64,000 nucleotides of DNA from a bacterium (GTDB lineage Bacteria > Omnitrophota > Gorgyraeia > Zapsychrales > Zapsychraceae). Shown here one piece after another: positions 10,529-20,804 of this stretch. Within the stretch, counting starts at the first letter, position 1, and the number at the start of each line of letters is the position of its first letter. The notes beneath the pieces were generated by a model, which was given only the letters and a program-made list of their open reading frames with translations, searched no databases and had not been told where the DNA came from. The position numbers and the translations under genes were made by a program. The stretch spans positions 83,403-147,402 of the forward strand of contig JAUIER010000008.1 in NCBI GenBank assembly GCA_030429765.1. Direction: 5' to 3'.

Positions 10529-10617
10529 GGAGAGGTGCTAGAGCGGCCGAATAGAGCTGACTGCTAATGAGTTGACCTGCGCGAGCGGGTCCCAGGGTTC
10601 GAATCCCTGCCTCTCCG
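10529..10617 (+). tRNA. tRNA-Ser(GCT), with a G-G mismatch in the anticodon stem
   Basis: Acceptor GGAGAGG/CCTCTCC, anticodon loop CTGCTAA, long variable arm, T arm CAGGG-TTCGAAT-CCCTG, discriminator G, no encoded CCA. Confidence 0.9.
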
Positions 10618-10785
10618 TTCTTCTACGCTTCTTGATTTGTTGGATGGAAGCTTCGAAGGAACAAGTTCTTATAACCATTTCATGAAGCACTTATTGGAAG
10701 CTTCGAAGGGACAAGTTTTTCTGATCCTTCCACAATGCGCTTGTTGAAAGCTTCGAAGAAATAGGTTTTTTTATCCTTCCAAAAT
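10618..10785. repeat. Three degenerate ~50-bp tandem REP-like units directly 3' of tRNA-Ser
   Basis: Core G(G/A)AAGCTTCGAAG at 10646, 10696 and 10746 (period 50), each followed by a similar AG/T-rich tail. Confidence 0.7.
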
Positions 10786-10802
10786 CTTCAATCCCATAAT
10801 CC

Positions 10803-11108
10803 CTACCTCGTTTTCTTCCCGCAAAATTTTTGATACAGAATCTGCATGATGTCTTTGACGGTTTGGTTATGGATGGAGTAGTAGAGGGTGCGGTGGTCCC
10901 GTCGGAAGGTCACGATATCTTCACTCTTTAACTTGGACAGGTGCTGGGACATGGACGTCTGAGCCATGCCGGTGGCCTCGATTAATTCACTGACACTTTT
11001 TTCTCCGTCCGCTAATTCACATAAAATCAAGAGGCGGTGTTGGCTGGCCAATCCTTTCAGGAAGCCGGCCGCCTGAGCTGCGTTTGGCCGCATATTTTCC
11101 ATAGACAT
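10803..11108 (-). CDS. ArsR/SmtB family transcriptional regulator
   Basis: RLLILCEL..GEKSVSEL, SQHLSKL, RRDHRTLYYS. Confidence 0.9.
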   Translation of the reverse strand: MSMENMRPNAAQAAGFLKGLASQHRLLILCELADGEKSVSELIEATGMAQTSMSQHLSKLKSEDIVTFRRDHRTLYYSIHNQTVKDIMQILYQKFCGKKTR

Positions 11109-11172
11109 TTTCCTTTCAAATATTAATAATTAATGATATCATAAAAATATAATATAATAAAGGAGAAAGACG

Positions 11173-11514
11173 ATGACCAAAGATTATAAAACCATCACCA
11201 AGGATATTTCCGAGTATACCGCTGAATTGCGAAAGTCGGTGCCGGACGCGATGAACAGCTTTTACGCGCTCTCCAAGGCCGCCACGGCCGACGGCGCGCT
11301 GGATAAAAAGACCAAGGAGTTTATCGCCTTGGCCATTGGAGTGACGCAGCGTTGCGACGGATGTATCGGATTTCACGCCAAGGCGCTGAAGTCGCTGGGT
11401 GCCACCCGCGAGGAGATCGCTGAAGTCCTGGCCATGTGTGTATACATGGGTGGAGGGCCGGCCCTGATGTACGCGGCCGATACGCTGCGCGCCTACGATC
11501 AATTTTCCGAGTAA
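11173..11514 (+). CDS. Carboxymuconolactone decarboxylase / AhpD family protein
   Basis: LDKKTKEFIAL, CDGC..FH, GATREEI, MGGGP; divergent from the ArsR gene. Confidence 0.9.
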   Translation: MTKDYKTITKDISEYTAELRKSVPDAMNSFYALSKAATADGALDKKTKEFIALAIGVTQRCDGCIGFHAKALKSLGATREEIAEVLAMCVYMGGGPALMYAADTLRAYDQFSE

Positions 11515-11775
11515 CCCGCGGTCGGCCGACGGTTCGGCACTATCGTCGCGGGCCGGGATGAGTCCCCTGGACACGTTGATTTCTCGGTGTATGATCGCAT
11601 TCATAAAATCAATGCACCCAATTTATTATTTCGCCTTTACAAATGGATCGGAATATACGATAATCTCCACATAACGGCGCAAGTCCGAATGCTGATTATT
11701 TGTCCACCGGGAAACATCTCGGTCCGGGCAGCCAAGTCCCTTCGAATACAGCTCTCAAACCAGGAGGATTGATTT

Positions 11776-12651
11776 ATGAACGAAAGTGCGGGAAAACTCA
11801 AGGCAAGAAATTACTATGACCAGGAAGCCGAAGACTATATCAAGCAATACCGTGAAGGCTATGACCGGTATCCGCAGAATCTCATCCGCATTAAGTTTAT
11901 TATCGAACGCCTCAAAAAAATCAATGTGAAAACCGTTTTGGACGCGGGCTGCGGGACATGCGGTCCGATGATGCGTCTGATCAAGGAAGGTTTTGATGTG
12001 CGCGGTTTTGATTTTTCCGAAGACATGGTCAAGATGGGCCGTAAGGAACTCGAAGAGGCCGGGCACAGCGGCGATTTGATCCATTGGGCTGATTTGGAAG
12101 AAGGGACCGACCTGGGTGACAACCGCTTTGACGCCATGCTGGCGCTGGGTGTCTTTCCGCATATACTCGACGAGAAAAAGGCGCTGACCAATATGGGCAA
12201 GATGCTGAACCCGGGCGGATCGGTATTTATTGAGTTTCGCAATGATCTGTTTTCAGCATTCAGCATGAACAACTATTCCATCGATTTTTATCTGAACCGT
12301 TGTATCGATTTGGATGAAGTCCCTGAAGATTTAAGAAAAGACGTCACCGAGTTTTATACCAAACGGCTGCAGGTTGAACCGCCTGTCAAAGACGAAAGCG
12401 GTCAGCTCAGATATACAGACATCCTCGCCAAGTACAAGAATCCACTCACCATCGGCAAAGAACTATTCAAGCCATGTGATTTTGAGATCGAAGACATTCA
12501 CTTCTATCATTACCACGCCTTACCGCCGGCGTATGAAAAAACACACACCAAGATTTTCCGTGAATTAAGCATGAAAATGGAAAAAACCAACGATTGGCGT
12601 GGTTATCTGATGGCGTCCGCTTATGTTGTCGAAGCCAAAAAGCGCGGATAG
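11776..12651 (+). CDS. Class I SAM-dependent methyltransferase
   Basis: VLDAGCGTC, GFDFS..M, LNPGG motifs; RBS AGGAGG. Confidence 0.85.
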   Translation: MNESAGKLKARNYYDQEAEDYIKQYREGYDRYPQNLIRIKFIIERLKKINVKTVLDAGCGTCGPMMRLIKEGFDVRGFDFSEDMVKMGRKELEEAGHSGDLIHWADLEEGTDLGDNRFDAMLALGVFPHILDEKKALTNMGKMLNPGGSVFIEFRNDLFSAFSMNNYSIDFYLNRCIDLDEVPEDLRKDVTEFYTKRLQVEPPVKDESGQLRYTDILAKYKNPLTIGKELFKPCDFEIEDIHFYHYHALPPAYEKTHTKIFRELSMKMEKTNDWRGYLMASAYVVEAKKRG

Positions 12652-13945
12652 GCCGGCCGGCGCTGCTGAAGCGAGCGCTGGGCAAGAGATGTACGATTTT
12701 ATCAAGCGGCTGTTTCCGATCTGCCGGAGCCTGACGGGTGACGGTGTGCGCCAGACGCTCGATATTATCAAAGAGCACATTCCGATCCGGATCCACGAGG
12801 TGCCGACCGGTACCGCAGTGCTGGACTGGACGGTTCCCAAAGAGTGGAACATCCGCTCGGCGTATATTGAAGACGAACAGGGGCGGAGGATCGTCGATTT
12901 TGCCGACAACAATCTGCATGTGGTCGGCTATTCGGTCCCGGTGGACAAGACTGTCACGCTGGCCGAGCTGCAGGAGCATCTGTATTCACTGCCGGACCAG
13001 CCCGACGCCATTCCCTATATCACATCCTATTACAAAGAGCGTTGGGGGTTTTGCCTGACGCAGAGAGAACGCGATGCCCTCAAAGACGGTAACTACCGAG
13101 TGGTGATCGACAGCGATCTGTCCGACGGGTCCCTGACCTACGCTGAATTGATTGTCCCCGGCCAGACCCAGGAGGAGATTTTCCTGTCGACGTATGTTTG
13201 TCATCCGTCGATGGCCAATAATGAGCTGTCCGGACCAGCGGTGGCGACGTGGCTGGCGCGCTGGATCCTCGAGCAGCCGCGGCGTTACACTTACCGGGTG
13301 ATCTTTATTCCCGAGACCATCGGGGCGATAACTTATTTAAGCCGTCATCTGGAAACCATGCGACAGAAGGTGAAGGCCGGTTTCAACATTTCCTGTGTGG
13401 GAGACGATCGCGCGTATTCATATCTGCCGTCGCGTCCGGGCAACACATATGCCGATCGCGTCGCGTTGACCATTCTCGAATCGCGGCATCCGGATTTTAT
13501 CAAATATTCTTTTTTGGACCGCGGCAGCGACGAGCGGCAGTATAATGCGCCGGGTGTTGAGCTGCCGGTTTGCTGTATCATGCGCAGCAAGTACGGACAG
13601 TATCCGGAGTATCACACCTCACTCGACAATCTGGATCTGGTCAGTCCGGCCGGACTAGAGGGGGCTTATCAGGTCTTTAAAGATTGCCTGAGCCTGATCG
13701 AGGTCAATCACACCTACCGCATCAAATGTCTGGGCGAGCCGCAGTTGGGCAAGCGCGGGTTGTATCCCACTATCAGCACCAAATCGTCGTGGCGTGAGTC
13801 ACGCGACATGCTGAACTTTATCGCCTACGCCGACGGTCACAATGATCTGATCGATATCAGCCGTCACATCAATGTCCCGGTCTGGGATCTGTATCCGATT
13901 GTCCGTAAACTGGTCGACGCCGACCTGCTGGAACAGATTCAGTAG
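12623..13945 (+). CDS. DUF4910 aminopeptidase-like domain protein
   Basis: PICRSLTG, DWTVPKEWN, CHPSMANNELSG, PETIG, GSDERQ and YHTSLD motifs; start could be slightly downstream. Confidence 0.85.
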   Translation: MLSKPKSADRPAGAAEASAGQEMYDFIKRLFPICRSLTGDGVRQTLDIIKEHIPIRIHEVPTGTAVLDWTVPKEWNIRSAYIEDEQGRRIVDFADNNLHVVGYSVPVDKTVTLAELQEHLYSLPDQPDAIPYITSYYKERWGFCLTQRERDALKDGNYRVVIDSDLSDGSLTYAELIVPGQTQEEIFLSTYVCHPSMANNELSGPAVATWLARWILEQPRRYTYRVIFIPETIGAITYLSRHLETMRQKVKAGFNISCVGDDRAYSYLPSRPGNTYADRVALTILESRHPDFIKYSFLDRGSDERQYNAPGVELPVCCIMRSKYGQYPEYHTSLDNLDLVSPAGLEGAYQVFKDCLSLIEVNHTYRIKCLGEPQLGKRGLYPTISTKSSWRESRDMLNFIAYADGHNDLIDISRHINVPVWDLYPIVRKLVDADLLEQIQ

Positions 13946-14105
13946 ACACATCCACCGGACGGATTATACGCTTGCACAATCAAGGGGAGCCGATATAATC
14001 GTAGAATAGTTCTCAACACAGAATCACACCGGATCACCGGATGAAAGGTTTTGCGGTGATCCTGCCGTTCAATCAAGCCTTAAACGGCGAGACATTCAAA
14101 CGTTT

Positions 14106-16226
14106 ATGCATTTTGTGTCCTCCAAAATATTCTCATTTGTTTCCTGCCTGATTATCATCACCCTGGGATTTGTCATTTATTCCAATTCTTTCAACAACGG
14201 GTTTCATTTCGATGATATGTTTTTTATCCTCAACAAGGCGCAGATCCGTGATCTGAGCGATCTGTCGGCGATCTGGAACGCGCATTCGCATCCGGCCCGG
14301 TTTATCGGGTTTTTATCATTCGCGCTGAATTATCATTTTCATCAATACAATGTCTTCGGGTATCACGTCGTTAACTGGCTGATCCATATCGCTAATGGCC
14401 TGATGGTCTGGTGGCTGGTTCATCTGCTGTTTCGAACCGACCGCCTCAAGTCGGACCCGTTGCGTATTTACGTGAGCTGGACATCGCTGCTGGCCGCGTT
14501 GATCTTTATCAGTCATCCGCTGCAGACCCAGGCGGTGACCTATATCACGCAGCGCTTCGCCTCGCTGGCCACTTTGTTTTACTTGCTGTCGGTGTGCACG
14601 TTTCTCAAGGCGCGATTGAGTTCGTCGCGCCTGTCGGGGGTGTGGTTCGCCCTGTGCGCGGTGTCGGCGCTCGCCGGAATGTTCACCAAGCAGATTGTAT
14701 TTACCCTGCCGTTGACGATCATTCTGATTGAGTTGATCTTTGTTAAGCCCAAGCAGATCAATTGGCGGTTGATCGGCATGGTCGCGCTGTTTTTATTGAT
14801 CGTGCCCGGGATATTTTCGTTTCGCGCGGATCAGTTTCTCAACATCAAGCACATGTCCGAGTCGCATGAGGGCGATCATTTGACGTCGGGCATTTATTTT
14901 CTGACACAATTGCGGGTTTTGATCACGTACTTGAGATTGCTCGTAGTACCCGTCGGGCAGAATCTTGATTATGATTATCCCGCGATCACGGATATCTTTG
15001 ACCCGCGGGTGTGGATCTGTTTTCTGGCGCTGAGCGCGCTATTTGTCGCGGGGCTGAGCAATCTGCGGCGCCGGCCGCTGATCGGGTTCGGGATCCTGTG
15101 GTTTTTTGTCACGATCAGCGTGGAGTCAACATTTATCACGATCAAGAACGTGATTTTTGAACACCGGCTGTATCTGCCGATGATCGGGGTGAGTTTGGTT
15201 GCGGTGTTTGGATTGCTCACAGCGGTCAAACGGATCCGGCCGGTGATCACGGTGTTCGCGGTGGTGATTGTGCTGTTTTCCGTGCTGACATATCAGCGCA
15301 ATTTTATTTGGCGCGACAGCATCACCCTGTGGACGGACGTCGTGCAGAAATCACCGAATAAGGCCCGGCCCTGGGTGAGCCTCGGTATCGCGTACATCCA
15401 GCAAGATAAATACGAAACGGCGTATGAGCATTTGACGCGCGCGCTCGAGATCAATCCCAAAGAATACAAGGCGCTGAATAATCTGGGTTTGATCTATGCC
15501 CGGCGCGGCGAGTTTAAAACGGCCGTGGATTATTACGATCAGGCGATCGCGGTCAATCCGCGCAGTCCGGTGACGCTCAACAATCGCGGCGACGCGTACC
15601 GGAATCTGGGCGAAGATCTCAAGGCCTTTGAAGATTTTAATCAGGCGGTCAGCCTCAATCCGTATTACGCCGAGGCCTTTGTGAATCGCGGGGTGTTTTA
15701 CGGACGGCGTGATCAGCGTCAGAACGCGCTGGAAGATTTCAATCAGGCCATCCGGCTGAATCCCACGCTGCCCGAGCCGTACAATAACCGCGGGATCGTG
15801 TACCAGCAGATGAACGAGCTCGACAAGGCCGAGCGGGACTTTGTGCGGGCGCTCAAGCTCAAGCCCGATTACGAAGAGGCCTTGTATAATCGCGGGAATG
15901 TGTACAAGGCGCGGGGTGAGTTCGACGCCGCGCTCACCGATTACCGTCAGGCATTAGTGCTTAAAAATAATTACTCCGAGGTGTATAATAACCGGGGTAT
16001 TATCCATGGAAGTCAGGGGAGAAATGATCTGGCGCTGGAGGATTTTAATCTGGCGATCCGGCATAATCCCGATTATTCGGCCGCGTACTTTAACCGGTCG
16101 CTGGTCCACATGAAGTCCGGGGCGTATCAGCAAGCCCTGGACGACACATTGAAGGCCCGGGCGCTGGGCAAGTCGGTCAATCCGATATATATCCAGCAAA
16201 TCCAAACATTAATTCAATCGCAATGA
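14106..16226 (+). CDS. TMTC-like membrane glycosyltransferase with C-terminal TPR repeats
   Basis: FHFDD, HPLQTQAVTY and EHRLYLP motifs; multi-TM domain followed by NNRG-type TPR repeats. Confidence 0.85.
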   Translation: MHFVSSKIFSFVSCLIIITLGFVIYSNSFNNGFHFDDMFFILNKAQIRDLSDLSAIWNAHSHPARFIGFLSFALNYHFHQYNVFGYHVVNWLIHIANGLMVWWLVHLLFRTDRLKSDPLRIYVSWTSLLAALIFISHPLQTQAVTYITQRFASLATLFYLLSVCTFLKARLSSSRLSGVWFALCAVSALAGMFTKQIVFTLPLTIILIELIFVKPKQINWRLIGMVALFLLIVPGIFSFRADQFLNIKHMSESHEGDHLTSGIYFLTQLRVLITYLRLLVVPVGQNLDYDYPAITDIFDPRVWICFLALSALFVAGLSNLRRRPLIGFGILWFFVTISVESTFITIKNVIFEHRLYLPMIGVSLVAVFGLLTAVKRIRPVITVFAVVIVLFSVLTYQRNFIWRDSITLWTDVVQKSPNKARPWVSLGIAYIQQDKYETAYEHLTRALEINPKEYKALNNLGLIYARRGEFKTAVDYYDQAIAVNPRSPVTLNNRGDAYRNLGEDLKAFEDFNQAVSLNPYYAEAFVNRGVFYGRRDQRQNALEDFNQAIRLNPTLPEPYNNRGIVYQQMNELDKAERDFVRALKLKPDYEEALYNRGNVYKARGEFDAALTDYRQALVLKNNYSEVYNNRGIIHGSQGRNDLALEDFNLAIRHNPDYSAAYFNRSLVHMKSGAYQQALDDTLKARALGKSVNPIYIQQIQTLIQSQ

Positions 16227-16238
16227 AAGTGATCATTT

Positions 16239-18380
16239 ATGAGTGAAAAACATATTCAGAAAATTTCCACCGAGTTAAGCATTCCACTTCACAAAGTTCA
16301 GGCCACGACGGGATTGCTCGACGACGGCGCGACCGTGCCGTTTATTTCCCGCTATCGTAAGGAGGTCACGGGAAACCTGGACGAAGTCGCGATTACCGGC
16401 ATCCGCGACCGGCTCACTCAGTTGCGGGAGATCGACAAGCGCCGCGCCACCATCCTCGCCAGTATCAAGGAGCAGGGGAAACTCACCGACAAATTAAAAA
16501 AGAGCATCGAGGCCGCCGAGACACTCGCGGTGCTCGAAGATCTATATCTACCGTACAAACCCAAACGCCGGACCAAGGCGACCGTGGCCAAGGAAAAAGG
16601 ACTTGAGCCGCTGGCCAAGCTTATCTTTGAACAGCAGGGCATGTCGGCGCAGGAGCTGGAGGACGAGGCCAAGAAGTTCGTTGATAAAAAGAAGAAGGTC
16701 GAGGACACCGAGCAGGCCCTGGCCGGATCCCGGGATATTATTGCCGAGTGGATCAACGAGAATTCCAAGGCGCGGGCTGAGCTGCGTGAGGTCTATCAAG
16801 ACGAGGCCATCCTGTCATCGAAGGTGATTCGCGGTAAAGATGTGGAAGGGGTGAAGTTTCGCGACTATTTCAAATGGGAAGAGCGGGCCAGTGCGGCACC
16901 GTCTCACCGTATTCTGGCCGTCCGTCGCGGCGAGAAAGAAAAGATCCTGATGGTGCGGATGCACATTTCCGAAGACAAGGCCGTCGCGATTCTGGAGCGG
17001 ATGTTTGTGAAGGGCAAGGGGGCTGATTCGCGTCAGGTGATAATTGCCATTCCCGACAGTTTCAAAAGATTGCTGGCCCCGTCGCTGGAAACCGAATTGC
17101 GCCTCGAACTCAAGAAGCGCGCCGACGAAACCGCCATCGAGATCTTTGCCAACAATCTGCGTGAGCTGTTGATGGCCTCCCCGTTGGGTGAAAAGAATGT
17201 CATGGCCGTCGATCCGGGGTTGCGGACCGGATGCAAGATCGTTTGTCTGGATCAGCAAGGCAAGCTCTTGATCAATGAGACGATGTATCTGGTCGGCTCT
17301 GAAGATAAACGTGCGCAGGCCGAGGAGACCGTCCGTCGATTGTGTAAGGATTACAATATAGAGATTATCGCGGTCGGCAACGGTACGGCCAGCCGTGAAA
17401 CCCATCAGTTTATCAAGAAGATTGATTTGCCCGGCGACATTCCGGTGGTGATGGTCTCCGAAAGCGGCGCCTCGATCTACTCCGCGTCGGAGGTCGCGCG
17501 CGAGGAGTTTCCGGATTATGATGTCACGGTGCGCGGTGCGGTGTCGATCGGCCGCCGGCTGATGGATCCGTTGGCGGAACTGGTCAAGATCGATCCCAAA
17601 AACATCGGCGTCGGTCAATATCAGCATGACGTTGATCAAAAGCTGTTGCGTCAAAGTCTGGACGATGTGGTCATCAGTTGTGTGAACCAGGTCGGGGTCG
17701 AGATCAACACCGCGAGCAAGCAGTTATTGATGTATGTGTCCGGATTGGGTCCGACGAGGGCTCAGACGATTGTGGAGCATCGCAACGAACATGGTCCGTT
17801 CAAATCACGGGCCGAGTTTGATGATATCAAGGGATTGGGGGCCAAGGCCGTTGAGCAGGCGGCCGGGTTTTTACGCATCCGCGATGCCAAGAATCCGCTC
17901 GATACAAGCGCGGTGCACCCCGAGGCCTATCCCATCGTCGATCGGATGGCCCGCGATCTGGGCTGCAGCATCGAGGACTTGATGGCCGATGAAAACCTGC
18001 GCAAAAAGATCGATCTGCAGAAATACACCACCGACACCATCGGTCTGCCGACCTTAGTGGATATCAAGGAAGAGTTGGCCAAGCCTGGACGCGATCCGCG
18101 TGAACCGTTCCAGCTGTTTACATTCAAGGAAGGTGTCGAGACCATCGACGATCTGGAGCAGGGCATGAAGCTGACCGGGGTCGTCACCAACATCACGGCC
18201 TTTGGCGCGTTTGTGGATATCGGTGTTCACCATGACGGGTTGATCCACATCAGTGAGCTGTCGCATCGGTTTGTGAAGGATCCGCATCAGGTTGTGAAGG
18301 TGCATCAGAAGATCAATGTGGTGGTGTTGGATATCGATATGGAACGCAAGCGGATTGCGCTATCCGCCAAGCAGGCGTGA
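16239..18380 (+). CDS. tex: Tex family RNA-binding transcriptional accessory protein
   Basis: ATVPFISRYRKE, DPGLRTGCK, GASIYSAS, IGVGQYQHD, C-terminal S1 domain. Confidence 0.95.
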   Translation: MSEKHIQKISTELSIPLHKVQATTGLLDDGATVPFISRYRKEVTGNLDEVAITGIRDRLTQLREIDKRRATILASIKEQGKLTDKLKKSIEAAETLAVLEDLYLPYKPKRRTKATVAKEKGLEPLAKLIFEQQGMSAQELEDEAKKFVDKKKKVEDTEQALAGSRDIIAEWINENSKARAELREVYQDEAILSSKVIRGKDVEGVKFRDYFKWEERASAAPSHRILAVRRGEKEKILMVRMHISEDKAVAILERMFVKGKGADSRQVIIAIPDSFKRLLAPSLETELRLELKKRADETAIEIFANNLRELLMASPLGEKNVMAVDPGLRTGCKIVCLDQQGKLLINETMYLVGSEDKRAQAEETVRRLCKDYNIEIIAVGNGTASRETHQFIKKIDLPGDIPVVMVSESGASIYSASEVAREEFPDYDVTVRGAVSIGRRLMDPLAELVKIDPKNIGVGQYQHDVDQKLLRQSLDDVVISCVNQVGVEINTASKQLLMYVSGLGPTRAQTIVEHRNEHGPFKSRAEFDDIKGLGAKAVEQAAGFLRIRDAKNPLDTSAVHPEAYPIVDRMARDLGCSIEDLMADENLRKKIDLQKYTTDTIGLPTLVDIKEELAKPGRDPREPFQLFTFKEGVETIDDLEQGMKLTGVVTNITAFGAFVDIGVHHDGLIHISELSHRFVKDPHQVVKVHQKINVVVLDIDMERKRIALSAKQA

Positions 18381-18734
18381 GACCTTGTCCAGCAGCTGAT
18401 CACGTTCAAACGGTTTGATCAGATAATCATCCGGACGGATCAGGCGGGGATTGCCGCCGGTCGGGCTTTTCATCGTGGCCTGGGCGGTGCACATCAGGAC
18501 GGCCACATGCTCGGTCGCCGGATCAGACTTGATGCGGTGGGTTAACACATCGCCGTTTTGACCGGGCAGCCGGTAGTCGGTGATGACCAGATGGACCGGG
18601 TTGGAGCCGAGCGTCACCAGCGCGTCTTCGGCGTTGGCCGCGCAGAGCACCTGAAAGCCGCGTTTGTTGAGCAGATTACTGGTCAGCTCGATGATCTCCC
18701 GTTCGTCATCGACAATTAAGATACTTTGGGTCAT
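18360..18734 (-). CDS. Single-domain response regulator receiver
   Basis: ILIVDDE, ITDYRLP (phospho-Asp), KPF. Confidence 0.85.
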   Translation of the reverse strand: MTQSILIVDDEREIIELTSNLLNKRGFQVLCAANAEDALVTLGSNPVHLVITDYRLPGQNGDVLTHRIKSDPATEHVAVLMCTAQATMKSPTGGNPRLIRPDDYLIKPFERDQLLDKVSRLLGG

Positions 18735-18904
18735 GCTGGTCTCCTGTCAGCTCAATTTATCAGCAAATTCCCGCGGGATCAACCGCAATCCGATCTAGTT
18801 TATATTGACAACCCATGTCAGGGAATGTAACATAAACCTCAGTCGCGCAGAATTTTGTCGTATTCTTCAAATTTTATCCACCCGATCAACCATCAGGTTT
18901 ATTT

Positions 18905-19885
18905 ATGCGAAAATTCGCCGCAGGTGTTTTGCTTTTATTGACGATATTCGGCAGCACGCCCGTGCTGTTGGCTCAAGATGACGCCGTACCGGCGGAGGTG
19001 CCGGCCGAGATCACCCTGGACAAGGTCCGCAACATCTTCACCGAAGATGTGTATCAGAAAAAGATCGTCCAGACCCTGTTTGTCATCGCCTCGAGCTATT
19101 TTCTGCTGTTTGTCCTGATCAAGTTCATCAACACGCGGGTCAAGGATATCAAGGCCCGTCACACCGTCCGCAAAAACAGTGTCTATATCATCACGTTTGT
19201 CGTTATCATCTCGGTTATTTTTATCTGGATCCAAAATCTCAATTATCTGACGATCTTTCTGGGCGTCGCCGGGGCGGGGCTCGCGCTGGCCCTGCAGGAG
19301 GTTATCCTGAGTATTGCCGGCTGGGTGCTGATCCTGGTGCGCCGGCCGTTTGAGATCGGCGAGCGCATCGAGATTAACGGCGTCAAGGGCGACATTATTG
19401 ATATACGGCTGTTCCAGACGTCGATGCTGGAGATCGGCAATTGGGTGGCGGCGGACCAGAGCACCGGCCGCATTGTGAATATCCCCAACAGTTTTGTGTT
19501 TAAGACGCAGAACTACAACTACAGCCGGGGATTTGAATTTATCTGGAATGAGATCCCGATCCTGCTGACATTTGAAAGCGACTGGAAGGTCGGACGGGAC
19601 ATCATGATCTCGCACGCGCGTAAATATGCCGAAGGGCTGGAGGACAATGTCCGGCGTAAGATCGACGCGATGCGCAACCGTTACATGATCTTTTACGGCA
19701 AACTCACACCGATTGTGTATGTCAATATCAAAGACAGCGGGGTGGAGTTGACGTTACGATACCTTACCGAGGCAAAGAAGCGGCGGTACACGCAGGATAT
19801 GTTATGCCAGGCGATACTCGACGAATTTGATAAGCACCCGAATGTCAATTTTGCTTATCCAACCTACAGAATTGTAAAGGAATAA
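18905..19885 (+). CDS. MscS family mechanosensitive channel
   Basis: GVAGAGLALALQE, RPFEIGERIEI, NIPNS. Confidence 0.9.
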   Translation: MRKFAAGVLLLLTIFGSTPVLLAQDDAVPAEVPAEITLDKVRNIFTEDVYQKKIVQTLFVIASSYFLLFVLIKFINTRVKDIKARHTVRKNSVYIITFVVIISVIFIWIQNLNYLTIFLGVAGAGLALALQEVILSIAGWVLILVRRPFEIGERIEINGVKGDIIDIRLFQTSMLEIGNWVAADQSTGRIVNIPNSFVFKTQNYNYSRGFEFIWNEIPILLTFESDWKVGRDIMISHARKYAEGLEDNVRRKIDAMRNRYMIFYGKLTPIVYVNIKDSGVELTLRYLTEAKKRRYTQDMLCQAILDEFDKHPNVNFAYPTYRIVKE

Positions 19886-19889
19886 GACC

Positions 19890-20792
19890 ATGAAAATTGC
19901 GGTATCGGGATCGACAGGGTTAATCGGAACAGCGCTGATCAAGAATCTGAAATCTCAGGGGCATGATATCGTACGCATCGCGCGGCCGGGCGGCAGCTAT
20001 CCGCCGGGCGAAGAGGTCATGCTGATGGACCATAAAACACGGTCCATCGACCAGAAAAAGCTCGACGAGTGTGATATTGTCATCCATTTGGCCGGGGCCG
20101 GCATCGCCGACAAGCGCTGGACGGATGATTACAAATCGGAAATCTTGCTCAGCCGGGTGGAGAGTACCAAATTTTTATCCGAGGCGCTGGCGGTCAGCAC
20201 CACTCCGCCCAAACTGTTTATCTGTGCCTCGGCGATTGGTTATTACGGGAATGCCGACGCGGACGTCACCTTTGACGAAAATTCATCGGCGGGCCGCGGA
20301 TTTTTGGCGGATGTCTGTCATCAATGGGAGGCCGCGACGCAAACAGCCTCGGAGCGGGGGATCCGTGTGGTGAACCTGCGCATCAGCGCGGTCTTAAGCC
20401 GTAAAGGCGGGGCGATTGCCAAGATGTGGATGCCGTTTATCATGGGTGTCGGCGGCAAGCTCGGCGACGGAAAACAAATGTTCAGTTGGATTGCGCTCGA
20501 CGAAATTCCGCGTATAATAGACTATATCATTGAAAACGAATTGCTCATGGGGCCGGTCAACGCGACGGCGCCAAATCCGGTATCCAATGCCGAATTCACC
20601 AAGGTCTTCGGATCGGTGATCAAACGTCCGACGATCTTTCCGGTGCCGGCCTTCGGGGCGCGGCTGCTGTTTGGTGAGATGGCTGACGCAATGCTGTTGA
20701 GCGGTTCACGGGTCGTTCCCAAGAAACTGCTCGATGCCGGTTACACATTCAAATACGGTGAACTTGGGCCGGCGCTCAAGGCCAGCCTTTAA
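19890..20792 (+). CDS. TIGR01777 family NAD-dependent epimerase
   Basis: GSTGLIG, HLAGAGI.DKRW, ASAIGYYG, GFLADVC..WE. Confidence 0.9.
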   Translation: MKIAVSGSTGLIGTALIKNLKSQGHDIVRIARPGGSYPPGEEVMLMDHKTRSIDQKKLDECDIVIHLAGAGIADKRWTDDYKSEILLSRVESTKFLSEALAVSTTPPKLFICASAIGYYGNADADVTFDENSSAGRGFLADVCHQWEAATQTASERGIRVVNLRISAVLSRKGGAIAKMWMPFIMGVGGKLGDGKQMFSWIALDEIPRIIDYIIENELLMGPVNATAPNPVSNAEFTKVFGSVIKRPTIFPVPAFGARLLFGEMADAMLLSGSRVVPKKLLDAGYTFKYGELGPALKASL

Positions 20793-20804
20793 TTTTTTGC
20801 AGCG

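Larger units (their letters stand above)
1..10567 (+). mobile_element. Right end of an integrative conjugative element (ICE) abutting tRNA-Ser; left end is outside the window
   Basis: Co-oriented, tightly coupled T4SS-like genes, coupling protein, HTH excisionase and tyrosine integrase; visibly more AT-rich than the genes after 11 kb; ends at a tRNA gene. Confidence 0.85.

Noticed and set aside
10529-10617. Selenocysteine or recoding tRNA
   Set aside because: The 7-bp acceptor stem and GCT anticodon fit tRNA-Ser; the long variable arm is normal for Ser.
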